Origin: a candidate division WOR-3 bacterium
GTDB taxonomy: Bacteria > Hydrothermota > Tepidihabitantia > Tepidihabitantales > Tepidihabitantaceae
Assembly (NCBI GenBank): GCA_965649295.1
Contig: CBFGKH010000001.1
Location: 288,001 to 352,000, forward strand
Direction of reading: 5' to 3'
Length of the DNA: 64,000 bases
Made by a program: the position numbers and the translations under genes. This document shows, piece by piece, positions 30,352-38,730 of this stretch (position 1 is its first letter; each line of letters opens with the position of its first letter). The notes under the pieces were generated by a model. It did no database searches. It was given only the letters and a program-made list of their open reading frames with translations, and had not been told where the DNA came from.

Positions 30352-31386
30352 CTAGCAAACCTGTAGCCGCCCATTGCCCACAACCACCTCACCGATGACA
30401 GTCGCCGCCTCAACTCCCCTGGTCAGCAGTCGGTCTAGCAACCTGTCCTTACGTTCAGCAGCCACTGCCATCAATAGCCCGCCCGCAGTCTGCGCGTCAC
30501 AGAGCAGTAGGCGTAGCTCTTCGGTAACCCCAGCAGCGAAATCTGCCCGCTCACGAATAAAACTGTAGTTCTTCAGCGACCCGACTGGAAAGAGACTCTG
30601 CCTGGCCAGCTCAATTGCTTCGGCAATAATCGGGACCCGGTCAGCATGAATGAGAATATCTATCCCTCCGCTCTGAGCCATCTCCCAGGCATGACCAAGG
30701 AGACCGAATCCGGTAACATCGGTGGCGGCGTTCACGCCGACCTCAACCATTACAGCCGCGGCAGTACGATTGAGCTGAGACATCACCCGGTTGGCCGCGG
30801 CTACCGCTTCTCGCGAAGCCAGGTTCGCCCGTAGCGCAGTTGTAATAATGCCAATGCCGAGCGGTTTGGTAAGGATGAGGACGTCCCCAGGGTTTGCCCC
30901 AACGTTCCGGACAACCCGGTCGGGGTGCACCAGCCCGGTCACTGCCAGACCGCACTTCACCTCCGAGTCCTTTAGAGTATGGCCGCCGGCAATCACCGCC
31001 CCAGCCTCGCGCACCTTGTCCCTCACGCCAGCAAGAATGGCACGGATAGTCTCGTGCCCAATCTCACCGACCGGAAAGGCAATGATGTTCAAGGCAACAA
31101 CTGGCCTGCCGCCCATCGCATAGACGTCAGAAAGCGAGTTCGCCGCCGCAATCTGACCGAAGACGTAAGGATCGTCGGCAATCGGCGTCAACACGTCCAC
31201 AGTGAGCACCAGTGCCAATTCGTCGGCAACCCGATAGACCCCGGCGTCATCTGCTGTCTCGCCGCCAACCAGCAGCCGCGGGTCAGTGAACTCAGGAAGC
31301 TGCTGCAGTACCTGCATCAGGTCTTCCTGACAGACCTTGGCCGCTCAGCCGGCAGCCCGCGCATAGTCAATAAGGCGACGCTTCAT
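30352..31386 (-). CDS. selD: Selenophosphate synthetase, itself a selenoprotein (Sec at UGA 31345-31347)
   Basis: ATG 31386 reads MKRRLIDYARAAG-U-AAK in frame with the 321-aa ORF. Also DDAGVY, ANSLSDVYAMGG, TDVTGFGLLGH. Confidence 0.95.
31319..31337 (-). promoter_or_regulatory. Candidate SECIS hairpin of selD
   Basis: AGGTCT-GTCAGGA-AGACCT starting 7 nt after the UGA. Confidence 0.7.
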
Positions 31387-31417
31387 TGCGCTCCTCTTCC
31401 CTCTGCCGCCGCGATTA

Positions 31418-32017
31418 CTAGAGTACGACGAGCTGTTCGCCAGCTAGTAGCGTCCCGGCCAACTCATACATATTGGAGACCGTGCCAACTCGAACCCGCT
31501 CCTTTGCTCCGAAGTAGTCAAGGCACGTCCCGCACGCCTTGATTGTCACACCGGCAGCTTCAAGAGTCTGCAGAGACTGCAGTTGGTCCGAGCCATCCAA
31601 GGCCAACTTCACGCCGCTATTTATGAGCAGCAGGTACGCTGGCCGCGTCGGTAGTTCGTTCAATGTCCGCAAGAATAGCGTCATCAGCAGACGGCCAAGT
31701 TCACGATCGCCCCGACCAAACTCGTCTGAGCTGATAACCAGCACGCGACCCTTGCGCTCCGCTGACTGCTGCTGGCTCGCACCCGGGCAGATGCTGACAA
31801 CATAACAGCCCGGCTCGCGCTCTGACCACGAAACCTGGCACCCGGCACCTTGGGCAAAGCGTACGATGTTGTCCCGTGACTCCGGACTGTCAGTCAGCAC
31901 GGCGATTGTCTCACCCTTGTGCGCTGCCAGTGCCCGCTTCGTCAGCACGATCGGTTCTGGGCAGACGAGTCCGCGAACGTCAACCTCGATTGTGACCACG
32001 GTAGCATCCTCGTCCAT
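31418..32017 (-). CDS. yedF: Selenium metabolism protein YedF-like (TusA/SirA + DsrE domains)
   Basis: DVRGLVCPEP; G.GD.ELG..LM; NSGVKL; ACGTCLDYF; VSNMYE. Start is 32017 or a GTG near 31999. Confidence 0.88.
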   Translation of the reverse strand: MDEDATVVTIEVDVRGLVCPEPIVLTKRALAAHKGETIAVLTDSPESRDNIVRFAQGAGCQVSWSEREPGCYVVSICPGASQQQSAERKGRVLVISSDEFGRGDRELGRLLMTLFLRTLNELPTRPAYLLLINSGVKLALDGSDQLQSLQTLEAAGVTIKACGTCLDYFGAKERVRVGTVSNMYELAGTLLAGEQLVVL

Positions 32018-32319
32018 CACCGCCGGTAGAGGACTGCAGCGGCAGGCCCGGCGTAGGGCAGCACCTCGACTGGTTCGATTCGCTGGGACGAAAGGATCGA
32101 GAGTGCTCGAGCGACCGAACCCGATTCGACGAGCAGCAGAACGCCACAACCCGCAGCCCGCCGCGGAACCACCAGCACTTCCAGACCTGCCTGCTTCAGG
32201 ACCTCGCCAGCCTGCAGCAGGAGGAGGACTGACGAGAAAGCGAGGGCCCAGCCAAGCGCCTCTTTGCATTGGTCGGCGACGAAGACGCTGTTGCCACTAT
32301 TCCCTTCGCTCAAAGCCAC
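32017..32319 (-). CDS. DUF3343-like putative Se/S carrier protein
   Basis: 'FSS.......E.LK..G.....VP.....CG' pattern next to yedF and selD; stop overlaps the yedF ATG; start uncertain. Confidence 0.7.
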   Translation of the reverse strand: MALSEGNSGNSVFVADQCKEALGWALAFSSVLLLLQAGEVLKQAGLEVLVVPRRAAGCGVLLLVESGSVARALSILSSQRIEPVEVLPYAGPAAAVLYRR

Positions 32320-32346
32320 CTCACAACCTTACGATTCGTCTGAGTC

Positions 32347-32366
32347 GGGCCTATTTCCCGAGGCCC
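32347..32366 (-). promoter_or_regulatory. Candidate SECIS hairpin of the microprotein
   Basis: GGGCCT-CGGGAAAT-AGGCCC starting 11 nt after the UGA. Confidence 0.7.
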
Positions 32367-32488
32367 ATGCACGGTATTCATATCCCGGAACTGACCTGAT
32401 GCACCGTCGCCCACTGGTCACGGACGGTTCCCAAAACCAGCAAAGCCAGCCCGGCAGCCAGCAAGAACACAAAGGCCAGCCGCCTCAT
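32351..32488 (-). CDS. 45-aa membrane-anchored selenoprotein with a UxxC motif (not in the ORF track)
   Basis: MRRLAFVFLLAAGLALLVLGTVRDQWATVHQVSSGI-U-IPCMGLGK*, UGA at 32378-32380, downstream hairpin. Confidence 0.8.
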
Positions 32489-32498
32489 TGCTAGCTGT

Positions 32499-33155
32499 TC
32501 AGGGTATGATGATTCGCTCACTACGGTTCACTCCGTCGGCTCCGAAGCTGACCACATAGACACCCGGTTGGATAGCCAGTGGCAACCGCCACTGTCCGCC
32601 TTGGCTGATTCCGCGAACAACCAGTCGGCCAGTGACATCGTGCAGGCTGACTAGTCCGTCCACTCGCAGCAACGTACCCGGCCAGACCAAGCCTGACAGA
32701 ACCGGCTCCGGCCGTGGCAGCGCCGCCGGCTGCTCAGCAATCCCAACACCGGCCAGCACGTGCACAGTAATCGAGTCGGCCAAAGTCGGTGCTTGCTGCG
32801 ACCGCACATGCAGCTCAACAACCGCCTCTCCAACATTGGCATTTGTGAAAGCGTCAATGACCGGGGTCGTGTCGGTTGCGCCCGGTGCTAGCGAATCATA
32901 CATCACGGTTCCTGGCTCAACACAGCGCCCGCGGACGCAGTAGGCGATGGCCCAGTTCGGTGGGTTCTGCCGAACGCGGCAGTCAAAGGCATAGACGTCG
33001 CTAGCGGTGCCGGTATTGGTGAGTGCGAAATGAAAGTAGGCCGGCTCTCCGGGTGCAACCCGCGCCACAGTGTCGTCGCGGCACACAAACCGAAACGAGT
33101 AGTCGGCCCAGGCCGCGTTCATCACCAACCCCAGTATCACAACATAACGTATCAT
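32499..33155 (-). CDS. Secreted Ig-like protein with a T9SS-type C-terminal domain
   Basis: Signal peptide, CVRGRC loop, C-terminal 'DVTGRLV...PGVYVV'. Confidence 0.7.
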   Translation of the reverse strand: MIRYVVILGLVMNAAWADYSFRFVCRDDTVARVAPGEPAYFHFALTNTGTASDVYAFDCRVRQNPPNWAIAYCVRGRCVEPGTVMYDSLAPGATDTTPVIDAFTNANVGEAVVELHVRSQQAPTLADSITVHVLAGVGIAEQPAALPRPEPVLSGLVWPGTLLRVDGLVSLHDVTGRLVVRGISQGGQWRLPLAIQPGVYVVSFGADGVNRSERIIIP

Positions 33156-33928
33156 TGCTTTCTCCCTGTTATCAGACGGGGAACACGTGCCGCCTGCAAA
33201 ACTCGTCGGTTCGAAGGCTGCTGAACAAAGACCACCAGTCCGAGCTGCTCCCGCCGCCAGTGCGGCAGCAACGTGAAGTGCTCGGTAACGAGTGTCGAAT
33301 CGCGCACAGGCACCAGAATCGGCCTGCCCGTGTAGTCAGGCAGCATCGCCCGCATCACCCGGTTGAAGATGGAATCAGTTGCGCCAGCCAGCGTTGCCGG
33401 CACCCTGTCCTCGATCAGGACCGTGAACAGCCGGAGCGTCTCGCCCGGAGTTGAATCCACTCCGGCGACGACAATACTCGCCGAACCGGCTGTCGAATCG
33501 AGACTCGTCTCGACCCGCAACTGAACTTTGGGGGTCACGCTCCGCGCTCCGAGTATCTGATTACGAAAGACCGCCAGGTTCTGCTCCGGGCCGGATGTCC
33601 TCACCGGCGGACCACCGTCGAATACGGTCGCCGGCTCTCCACCGCTTGTGTAGTAATACTCACATCGGTTCTCAGCATATGCCGGCGATAGGGTATCGCC
33701 CAGTGTCCGGCGATGGTAAGCGATGATGGCAACGCTGTCAGCAAACTCGGTCGCCAGGCTTTCGAGAGCATGAGCCGCATAAGGACAGTAACTGCAGCGC
33801 TGCCAGGTGAACAGCTCAGCCAGTACCACCCGATTCGTCGGTATCAACGGAATGACGGGCGCATCCGAGCAGCCAGCGGCCAGGCCAGCAAGAATCAACG
33901 CAGCCGCCAGCAGAAACAGCTCCGGCAC
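33152..33928 (-). CDS. Omp28-like thioredoxin-fold lipoprotein (CxxC)
   Basis: GTG start just after the upstream stop; lipobox LAAGC; ELFTWQRCSYCP; VVFVQ. Confidence 0.8.
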   Translation of the reverse strand: MPELFLLAAALILAGLAAGCSDAPVIPLIPTNRVVLAELFTWQRCSYCPYAAHALESLATEFADSVAIIAYHRRTLGDTLSPAYAENRCEYYYTSGGEPATVFDGGPPVRTSGPEQNLAVFRNQILGARSVTPKVQLRVETSLDSTAGSASIVVAGVDSTPGETLRLFTVLIEDRVPATLAGATDSIFNRVMRAMLPDYTGRPILVPVRDSTLVTEHFTLLPHWRREQLGLVVFVQQPSNRRVLQAARVPRLITGRKQ

Positions 33929-33929
33929 T

Positions 33930-35726
33930 CTAGCGTGAGACAACAACCTTGAGTACACGAACTTCAGTTCCGGTTCGCAGACAAGCAAAGTAGGTTCCAG
34001 CTCCGACCCGCTGACCGTCAGCGTCCGCAAGCGGCCAGACCGCACGCCCAGTGCCACTGAGACCCTGCCCGAGACTCTGCACCAGTCGGCCACCAGCATC
34101 GAAGATAGCAATCTCACCAACAACGCCGTCCGGCAATGAGTAGGCAACTGTTGCCCTTTGGTTGGTAATCGTCCCGCAGATGCGCAACTTTGCTGGTTGT
34201 GCTGCTGGCCGCTCGGCGATGCCGCCTACATACGGCGTCACCAGCAGGTCGTCAACATACCAGCCATCAGCATTGACGCTATTGTCAGAGATGAAGCGGA
34301 ATCCGACGCGCAGGGTCTGGCCAGCATACCGGCTGATGTCGAACGTCGGCTGCAGCCAACCGCTGCCCGTGCCGTCATAGCTCGCAATGGGATACCAGAA
34401 CGGCGAGCCGTTGTTCAACTCCACATACGCGAAGTCATAGCCAGCCTCAGTCGCATACCAATGGTAGAACGAAAGCTGCGCTCCATCGCCAACCGTGAAG
34501 TAGGGCGAGATTAGCCGCATGTCGGTCTCGACGTTGTATTGGTGGCTCGCGTCTGAACCGCAGTACCACGAACTCATCGGCGTATGACTACGGTAGGTAG
34601 TCAGATGCCAGGCGTCCCTAATGCCAGAATGCCACCAGTTGCCGACAGCATCCATATTGTCGGATATGCCCGAGCCGGTGGTGATGTTCACCGGCACACT
34701 CAACGTGTCCAGAATCTCATCACTCCCTGCCACTACCAGAGTGAGCGTGGCGACATGCGGGTCCGGACAGCCGGCCGCCACTCGGATGGCAAAAGGCGTG
34801 GTCGAATAGCCGACCTCACCCACTGCCAGCGTCGGGAATGCGGCTGTCGGCTGGGTGACAGTCACGTAAGGGTTAGTGCTCAGCAGTGTGCCAGTCAGGC
34901 CGCTTGCTCTTCCCAGCCCCATATTGCGCAATGCGATGGTCAGGTTCGTCTCCTGCCCTGGTGCCGGTCGCGCTGACTGATAACCGTAATAGACTACCTT
35001 CGCCTTAGGAATGACTGCTGTCCGGGCGCCCTGGAACATCTGCTTGGTAGCGTTGTTCTGGACAAAGACAACGATCTCGCAGTTACTGGCCACCCAAGCC
35101 GCGTTCAACGTGTAATCTCGAGTCGCAGTCAGCGAATCATTCGCCGGCACCGTCACTGCCACGCCGGTTCCGTTCGGCAGCATATCACGCACCACGTATT
35201 GCAGACTCTCCATTCCCTGCCACGGATGGTAGATGTGATTCTGGATTATGGCAACGTGAAGCTGGCCGCTCACTGCTGTGCCGGTCGTGTTCCGAAGCAG
35301 GATATCGAGATGCCCCTGCCTAGTAAGCGTGTCATACGTATTCGACAGCTCAATCTCCAGCGGACTGGCGACAAGTTTGCGGGTGTCAAAGAACTGCCGG
35401 TAGGTCGGATACATAGTACCGGTATGAACGCCACCGACGACACTGTAATCGCCGTCAAGCCGAACCGTCGGATAGCCGCTGACGCCGTAGTAGTTCATTC
35501 GTGTCACCGATACCGTGTTGTAGTAGGGATCGCTCGTTGAGGGGTGATAGGCCAGCGGCACAACAGTGTCGAACGCGTTGAAGTCGAGTTCTTCGATGCC
35601 ACGGGCCGCTCCTGGACAGTAGGTACACCAAGTCGCAGTAAAGTCCTCAATCACGACTATTCGCTGACTTGCGGTCAACAGCGCCGGAATGCAAAGTACC
35701 AGCGCCAAGAACATACCTCTACTCAT
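33930..35726 (-). CDS. Omp28-like CxxC protein with a beta-sandwich domain and T9SS/FlgD-type C-terminus
   Basis: EDFTATWCTYCP, GYPT, VVFVQ, GWYVDD; GGAGG RBS. Confidence 0.82.
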   Translation of the reverse strand: MSRGMFLALVLCIPALLTASQRIVVIEDFTATWCTYCPGAARGIEELDFNAFDTVVPLAYHPSTSDPYYNTVSVTRMNYYGVSGYPTVRLDGDYSVVGGVHTGTMYPTYRQFFDTRKLVASPLEIELSNTYDTLTRQGHLDILLRNTTGTAVSGQLHVAIIQNHIYHPWQGMESLQYVVRDMLPNGTGVAVTVPANDSLTATRDYTLNAAWVASNCEIVVFVQNNATKQMFQGARTAVIPKAKVVYYGYQSARPAPGQETNLTIALRNMGLGRASGLTGTLLSTNPYVTVTQPTAAFPTLAVGEVGYSTTPFAIRVAAGCPDPHVATLTLVVAGSDEILDTLSVPVNITTGSGISDNMDAVGNWWHSGIRDAWHLTTYRSHTPMSSWYCGSDASHQYNVETDMRLISPYFTVGDGAQLSFYHWYATEAGYDFAYVELNNGSPFWYPIASYDGTGSGWLQPTFDISRYAGQTLRVGFRFISDNSVNADGWYVDDLLVTPYVGGIAERPAAQPAKLRICGTITNQRATVAYSLPDGVVGEIAIFDAGGRLVQSLGQGLSGTGRAVWPLADADGQRVGAGTYFACLRTGTEVRVLKVVVSR

Positions 35727-35888
35727 GGTTCCTCCATTGGTTTGTCTTCTGGGTATCGAGAAAGTGGGATTAGTTGCAGAATGGTCCTTCTCGACGGCAG
35801 CCTGGCGTCAGCACACTTGTTAGTCACGAGTTCCACCTGCGGCCGAGTCGAAGTAGATTACTCACAGTGCTGCTCAATGGCCGCCGTA

Positions 35889-35918
35889 GCTGTGGGCGGA
35901 ATGAAGACCGCCCACAGC
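35889..35918 (-). terminator. Stem-loop after the FTR-like gene
   Basis: GCTGTGGGCGG...CCGCCCACAGC perfect 11-bp stem; no clear U-tract. Confidence 0.5.
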
Positions 35919-35941
35919 ATTTCGGCTGATTCTATGAATCA

Positions 35942-36229
35942 TCAGGGCTTGACCGCCGCTGGTGCGAAGAAAAGTCGGCAGAAGCAGTGCCCTTCCTTGG
36001 CGACTTCCTCGTGCACTGTCGGACACGGACAGAGCACATCCTTGTCCGGATTGAGCGGATGTGACTGCTTGCACGGACAGTAATACTTGCCGTATTCAGC
36101 AAAGTTGCGTGCCAGCAAGTTTGCGACCCTCAGCGTCCGTTCCATATCCGGGTTGAGGACATAGCCAAGCTCCTCGCCGACCTTCCGCACCCGCTCGATA
36201 TTGGCGCGATCGCTCGCACTCAGTTCCAT
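35942..36229 (-). CDS. Ferredoxin:thioredoxin reductase catalytic-subunit-like protein
   Basis: CPC...CPC...HCFC.LF motifs. Confidence 0.9.
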   Translation of the reverse strand: MELSASDRANIERVRKVGEELGYVLNPDMERTLRVANLLARNFAEYGKYYCPCKQSHPLNPDKDVLCPCPTVHEEVAKEGHCFCRLFFAPAAVKP

Positions 36230-36231
36230 AG

Positions 36232-37083
36232 CTACTTCTTCTCCGGTGCAATGACCCAAAAGTCTAGTCCAGCAGTGAACGGTGCAATCTGACCACCGCG
36301 CGAGATGAACTGCAGCGGCAGCCCGGCCTTGGGCCGAATCGAGAGCATCGGCACCGGTTTCACTACCAGCCCCAGTTGGGCAACGTGCCGGTCCTGCTCG
36401 GTCTTCTCCTTGGCAGTGCCATTGATCTCGGTCCGGGCCTGCATCGTGCCGACGAGCGATGCCCAGACCTGGAACTTCTTCGTAAAGTCGTAATCGAACT
36501 TGGCCACGTATTCAAACATGTTGCCGACCCTGGTCGTATCATTCGTCTTGCCGTTAAGCCAGTAGGCTGCGCGCAGGTGCGCCACTGCCTTGCCCAGCGG
36601 CTTGGTTGTAGCAATCAGCCCGACTGCGCCTGCCCACTTGCCATCGCCGATTTTCGGCTGCGCGTTCTTATCCGCGGTTGGAAATGCCACTGCAGCTGCC
36701 GCCGTCACCTTGACCGGCGCTGCCCAGCCTCTCACCACGGCATAGCGGGTCTGCAGTTCGACGTCGCCGACGCCGAACGAACTCTTCGAACCCTGGCTCC
36801 TGCTGGCCAGCGGTGCCTGCACCAGCAACTCCAGGTTCTTCACTGGAGCGAAACCGGCGATAACGGTTGCGCTGATGGTCGTGGTCTTGAGCGTGTCAGC
36901 CAGCGCGTCCCACTTGCTGTCGGTCCAGTTGTACTTGCTTCCTGTCCGAGCGTAGCCAAAGTCAATCTCGCCGAGAAACTGCATCGGCTTCAGTGTACCT
37001 GCGCCCCGCCCGATCAGCGGCGTGGCTACTGCGCTGCTAGCGACCGCAGCAACTAGTGCTGCGACTACTGCGACTCTCTTCAT
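36232..37083 (-). CDS. Outer-membrane beta-barrel channel (MetA-pathway/SphA-like transporter family)
   Basis: Signal peptide, 'GVGDV.L..RY', 'FPT' and amphipathic strands; GGAGG RBS. Confidence 0.65.
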   Translation of the reverse strand: MKRVAVVAALVAAVASSAVATPLIGRGAGTLKPMQFLGEIDFGYARTGSKYNWTDSKWDALADTLKTTTISATVIAGFAPVKNLELLVQAPLASRSQGSKSSFGVGDVELQTRYAVVRGWAAPVKVTAAAAVAFPTADKNAQPKIGDGKWAGAVGLIATTKPLGKAVAHLRAAYWLNGKTNDTTRVGNMFEYVAKFDYDFTKKFQVWASLVGTMQARTEINGTAKEKTEQDRHVAQLGLVVKPVPMLSIRPKAGLPLQFISRGGQIAPFTAGLDFWVIAPEKK

Positions 37084-37885
37084 TCGAACCTCCTTTTGTC
37101 TTGTCGGTCCCGTCGTTGCCTTCGACAATTACGGACAAGGCCTGCTCCAGCAGGTCCCGAACCTGCAGCAGCACGCCATCGAACTCTGGGCCGAACCGCG
37201 GCCGCGGCCGACCCATCCTGACTGTTACCTCACCGATAATGCGACCCGGCCGGTCAGCCATCACCACGACCCGGTCCCCCAAATAGACCGCCTCATCAAC
37301 GTTGTGCGTGACAAAAACCACCGTCTTACCGGTCTGCTGCCAAATCGCCAGCAGTTCATCTTGAAGCCGGTGACGGGTTCGCTCATCGAGCGCTCCGAAC
37401 GGCTCGTCAGCCAGCAGCACTGCTGGGTCAGTGGCCAGCGCCCGAGCAATGGCTGCGCGTTGCTGCATGCCGCCCGAAAGCTCGTGCGGTCGGCTGCGCT
37501 CGAACCCAGCCAGTCCCACCATCCGTATCAGCTCCTGTGCCTTGGCCCGCCGCTCGACCCGACCGACACCGGCCAGCTCCAGACCGAAAGCAACATTGTC
37601 AAGCACGCTCCGCCACGGCAGCAGGGCATATTGCTGAAAAACGAGTCCAACCTCGCGCCGCGGCCCGAGGACCTCCTGGCCGGCGACTCGAACCGCACCG
37701 CTATCCGGCCGCTCCAGCCCAGCCGCGACCCGCAGCAGCGTCGTCTTGCCACAGCCAGTCGGCCCGACCACCGTGACAAACGAACCCGGTGCGACCCTGA
37801 GCGTAACCCGGTCAAGAGCGACCACACTGGCACCAGCGCCGATGTAGCGGCGGGTTACACCTTCGAACTCCAGCCCGGCTGCCAT
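37037..37885 (-). CDS. ABC transporter ATP-binding protein (SsuB/TauB type)
   Basis: GPTGCGKTT, LSGGMQQR, DEPFGALD, VTH. Confidence 0.93.
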   Translation of the reverse strand: MAAGLEFEGVTRRYIGAGASVVALDRVTLRVAPGSFVTVVGPTGCGKTTLLRVAAGLERPDSGAVRVAGQEVLGPRREVGLVFQQYALLPWRSVLDNVAFGLELAGVGRVERRAKAQELIRMVGLAGFERSRPHELSGGMQQRAAIARALATDPAVLLADEPFGALDERTRHRLQDELLAIWQQTGKTVVFVTHNVDEAVYLGDRVVVMADRPGRIIGEVTVRMGRPRPRFGPEFDGVLLQVRDLLEQALSVIVEGNDGTDKTKGGSNEESRSSRSTSCCGR

Positions 37886-38727
37886 CACCGTGCCTTTGCC
37901 TGCCAGCTCGTAAACGGCCGGCCGACGGTGCTGACGACCCACGACAGCAGAGCACCGACCAGGCCGATGAGGATCATCCCGGTCACGAGCACGTCCATCT
38001 CGGCAAGCTGGTACGCGTAGATCATCAGATAGCCGATTCCCGAGCTTGAACCGGGCAACATCTCCGCTGCCACAATCACCATCCAAGCCGTACCCAGCCC
38101 AATCCGCAGACCAGTGAAGATAGCCGGCAGTGCTGCCGGCAGCACGACCTTGCGAAAGACCTGGCCGCGAGTTGCCCCGAGCACCAATGCCGACTCCACA
38201 TACGAGTCCCGAACACCAAGCACGCCATCAACTGTATTCAGAAGAATCGGAAAGAACGCCCCATAGAAAAGGATGAAGAGCATTCCCACCTGCACCGTGT
38301 CGAAGATGGTGTGGGAATAGCGCACACCGAACAGATTGACAATCGTGTAGGTCTTGAAGATGGCCATCGCAAACGGTATCCAGGCAATTGGACAGAGCGG
38401 CCGAAACATCTCGACAAACGGGCCGACCAGCCGTCGCACCAGCCCAATCCGGCCCATCAACAACCCGAGCGGTACTGCCGCGACCATTGCCAGAACAAAA
38501 CCCATGAGCACCCGCAATCCCGAGACCGCAATGTTGTGCAGCAGTGAACCGGTTTCGAGCACATTCGCACCCGGCCGTAGCAACCGCCGAACCACTGCTT
38601 CGACCCGTGGCACCAGCCAAGGGTTGTTCATCCGCACCGCGGCTAACTCCCATACGGCAAGAAAGAGCAGCGGCAGGGCCGCACCAAGCAGTAACCGACC
38701 AAGCCGAGTGCGAAACAGTTGGGACAC
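37885..38727 (-). CDS. ABC transporter permease (SsuC/TauC type)
   Basis: RPLCPIAWIP, EAA-like loop, WMVIVAAEM. Confidence 0.92.
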   Translation of the reverse strand: MSQLFRTRLGRLLLGAALPLLFLAVWELAAVRMNNPWLVPRVEAVVRRLLRPGANVLETGSLLHNIAVSGLRVLMGFVLAMVAAVPLGLLMGRIGLVRRLVGPFVEMFRPLCPIAWIPFAMAIFKTYTIVNLFGVRYSHTIFDTVQVGMLFILFYGAFFPILLNTVDGVLGVRDSYVESALVLGATRGQVFRKVVLPAALPAIFTGLRIGLGTAWMVIVAAEMLPGSSSGIGYLMIYAYQLAEMDVLVTGMILIGLVGALLSWVVSTVGRPFTSWQAKAR

Positions 38728-38730
38728 GTG

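Noticed and set aside
32018..32269. N-terminal 84 aa of the 283-aa ORF in the track
   Set aside because: Overlaps the DUF3343-like gene in another frame; YedF similarity starts only at ~32017.
33929..34147. Extended start of the 331-aa ORF
   Set aside because: Overlaps the upstream gene; the lipoprotein signal points to GTG 33928.
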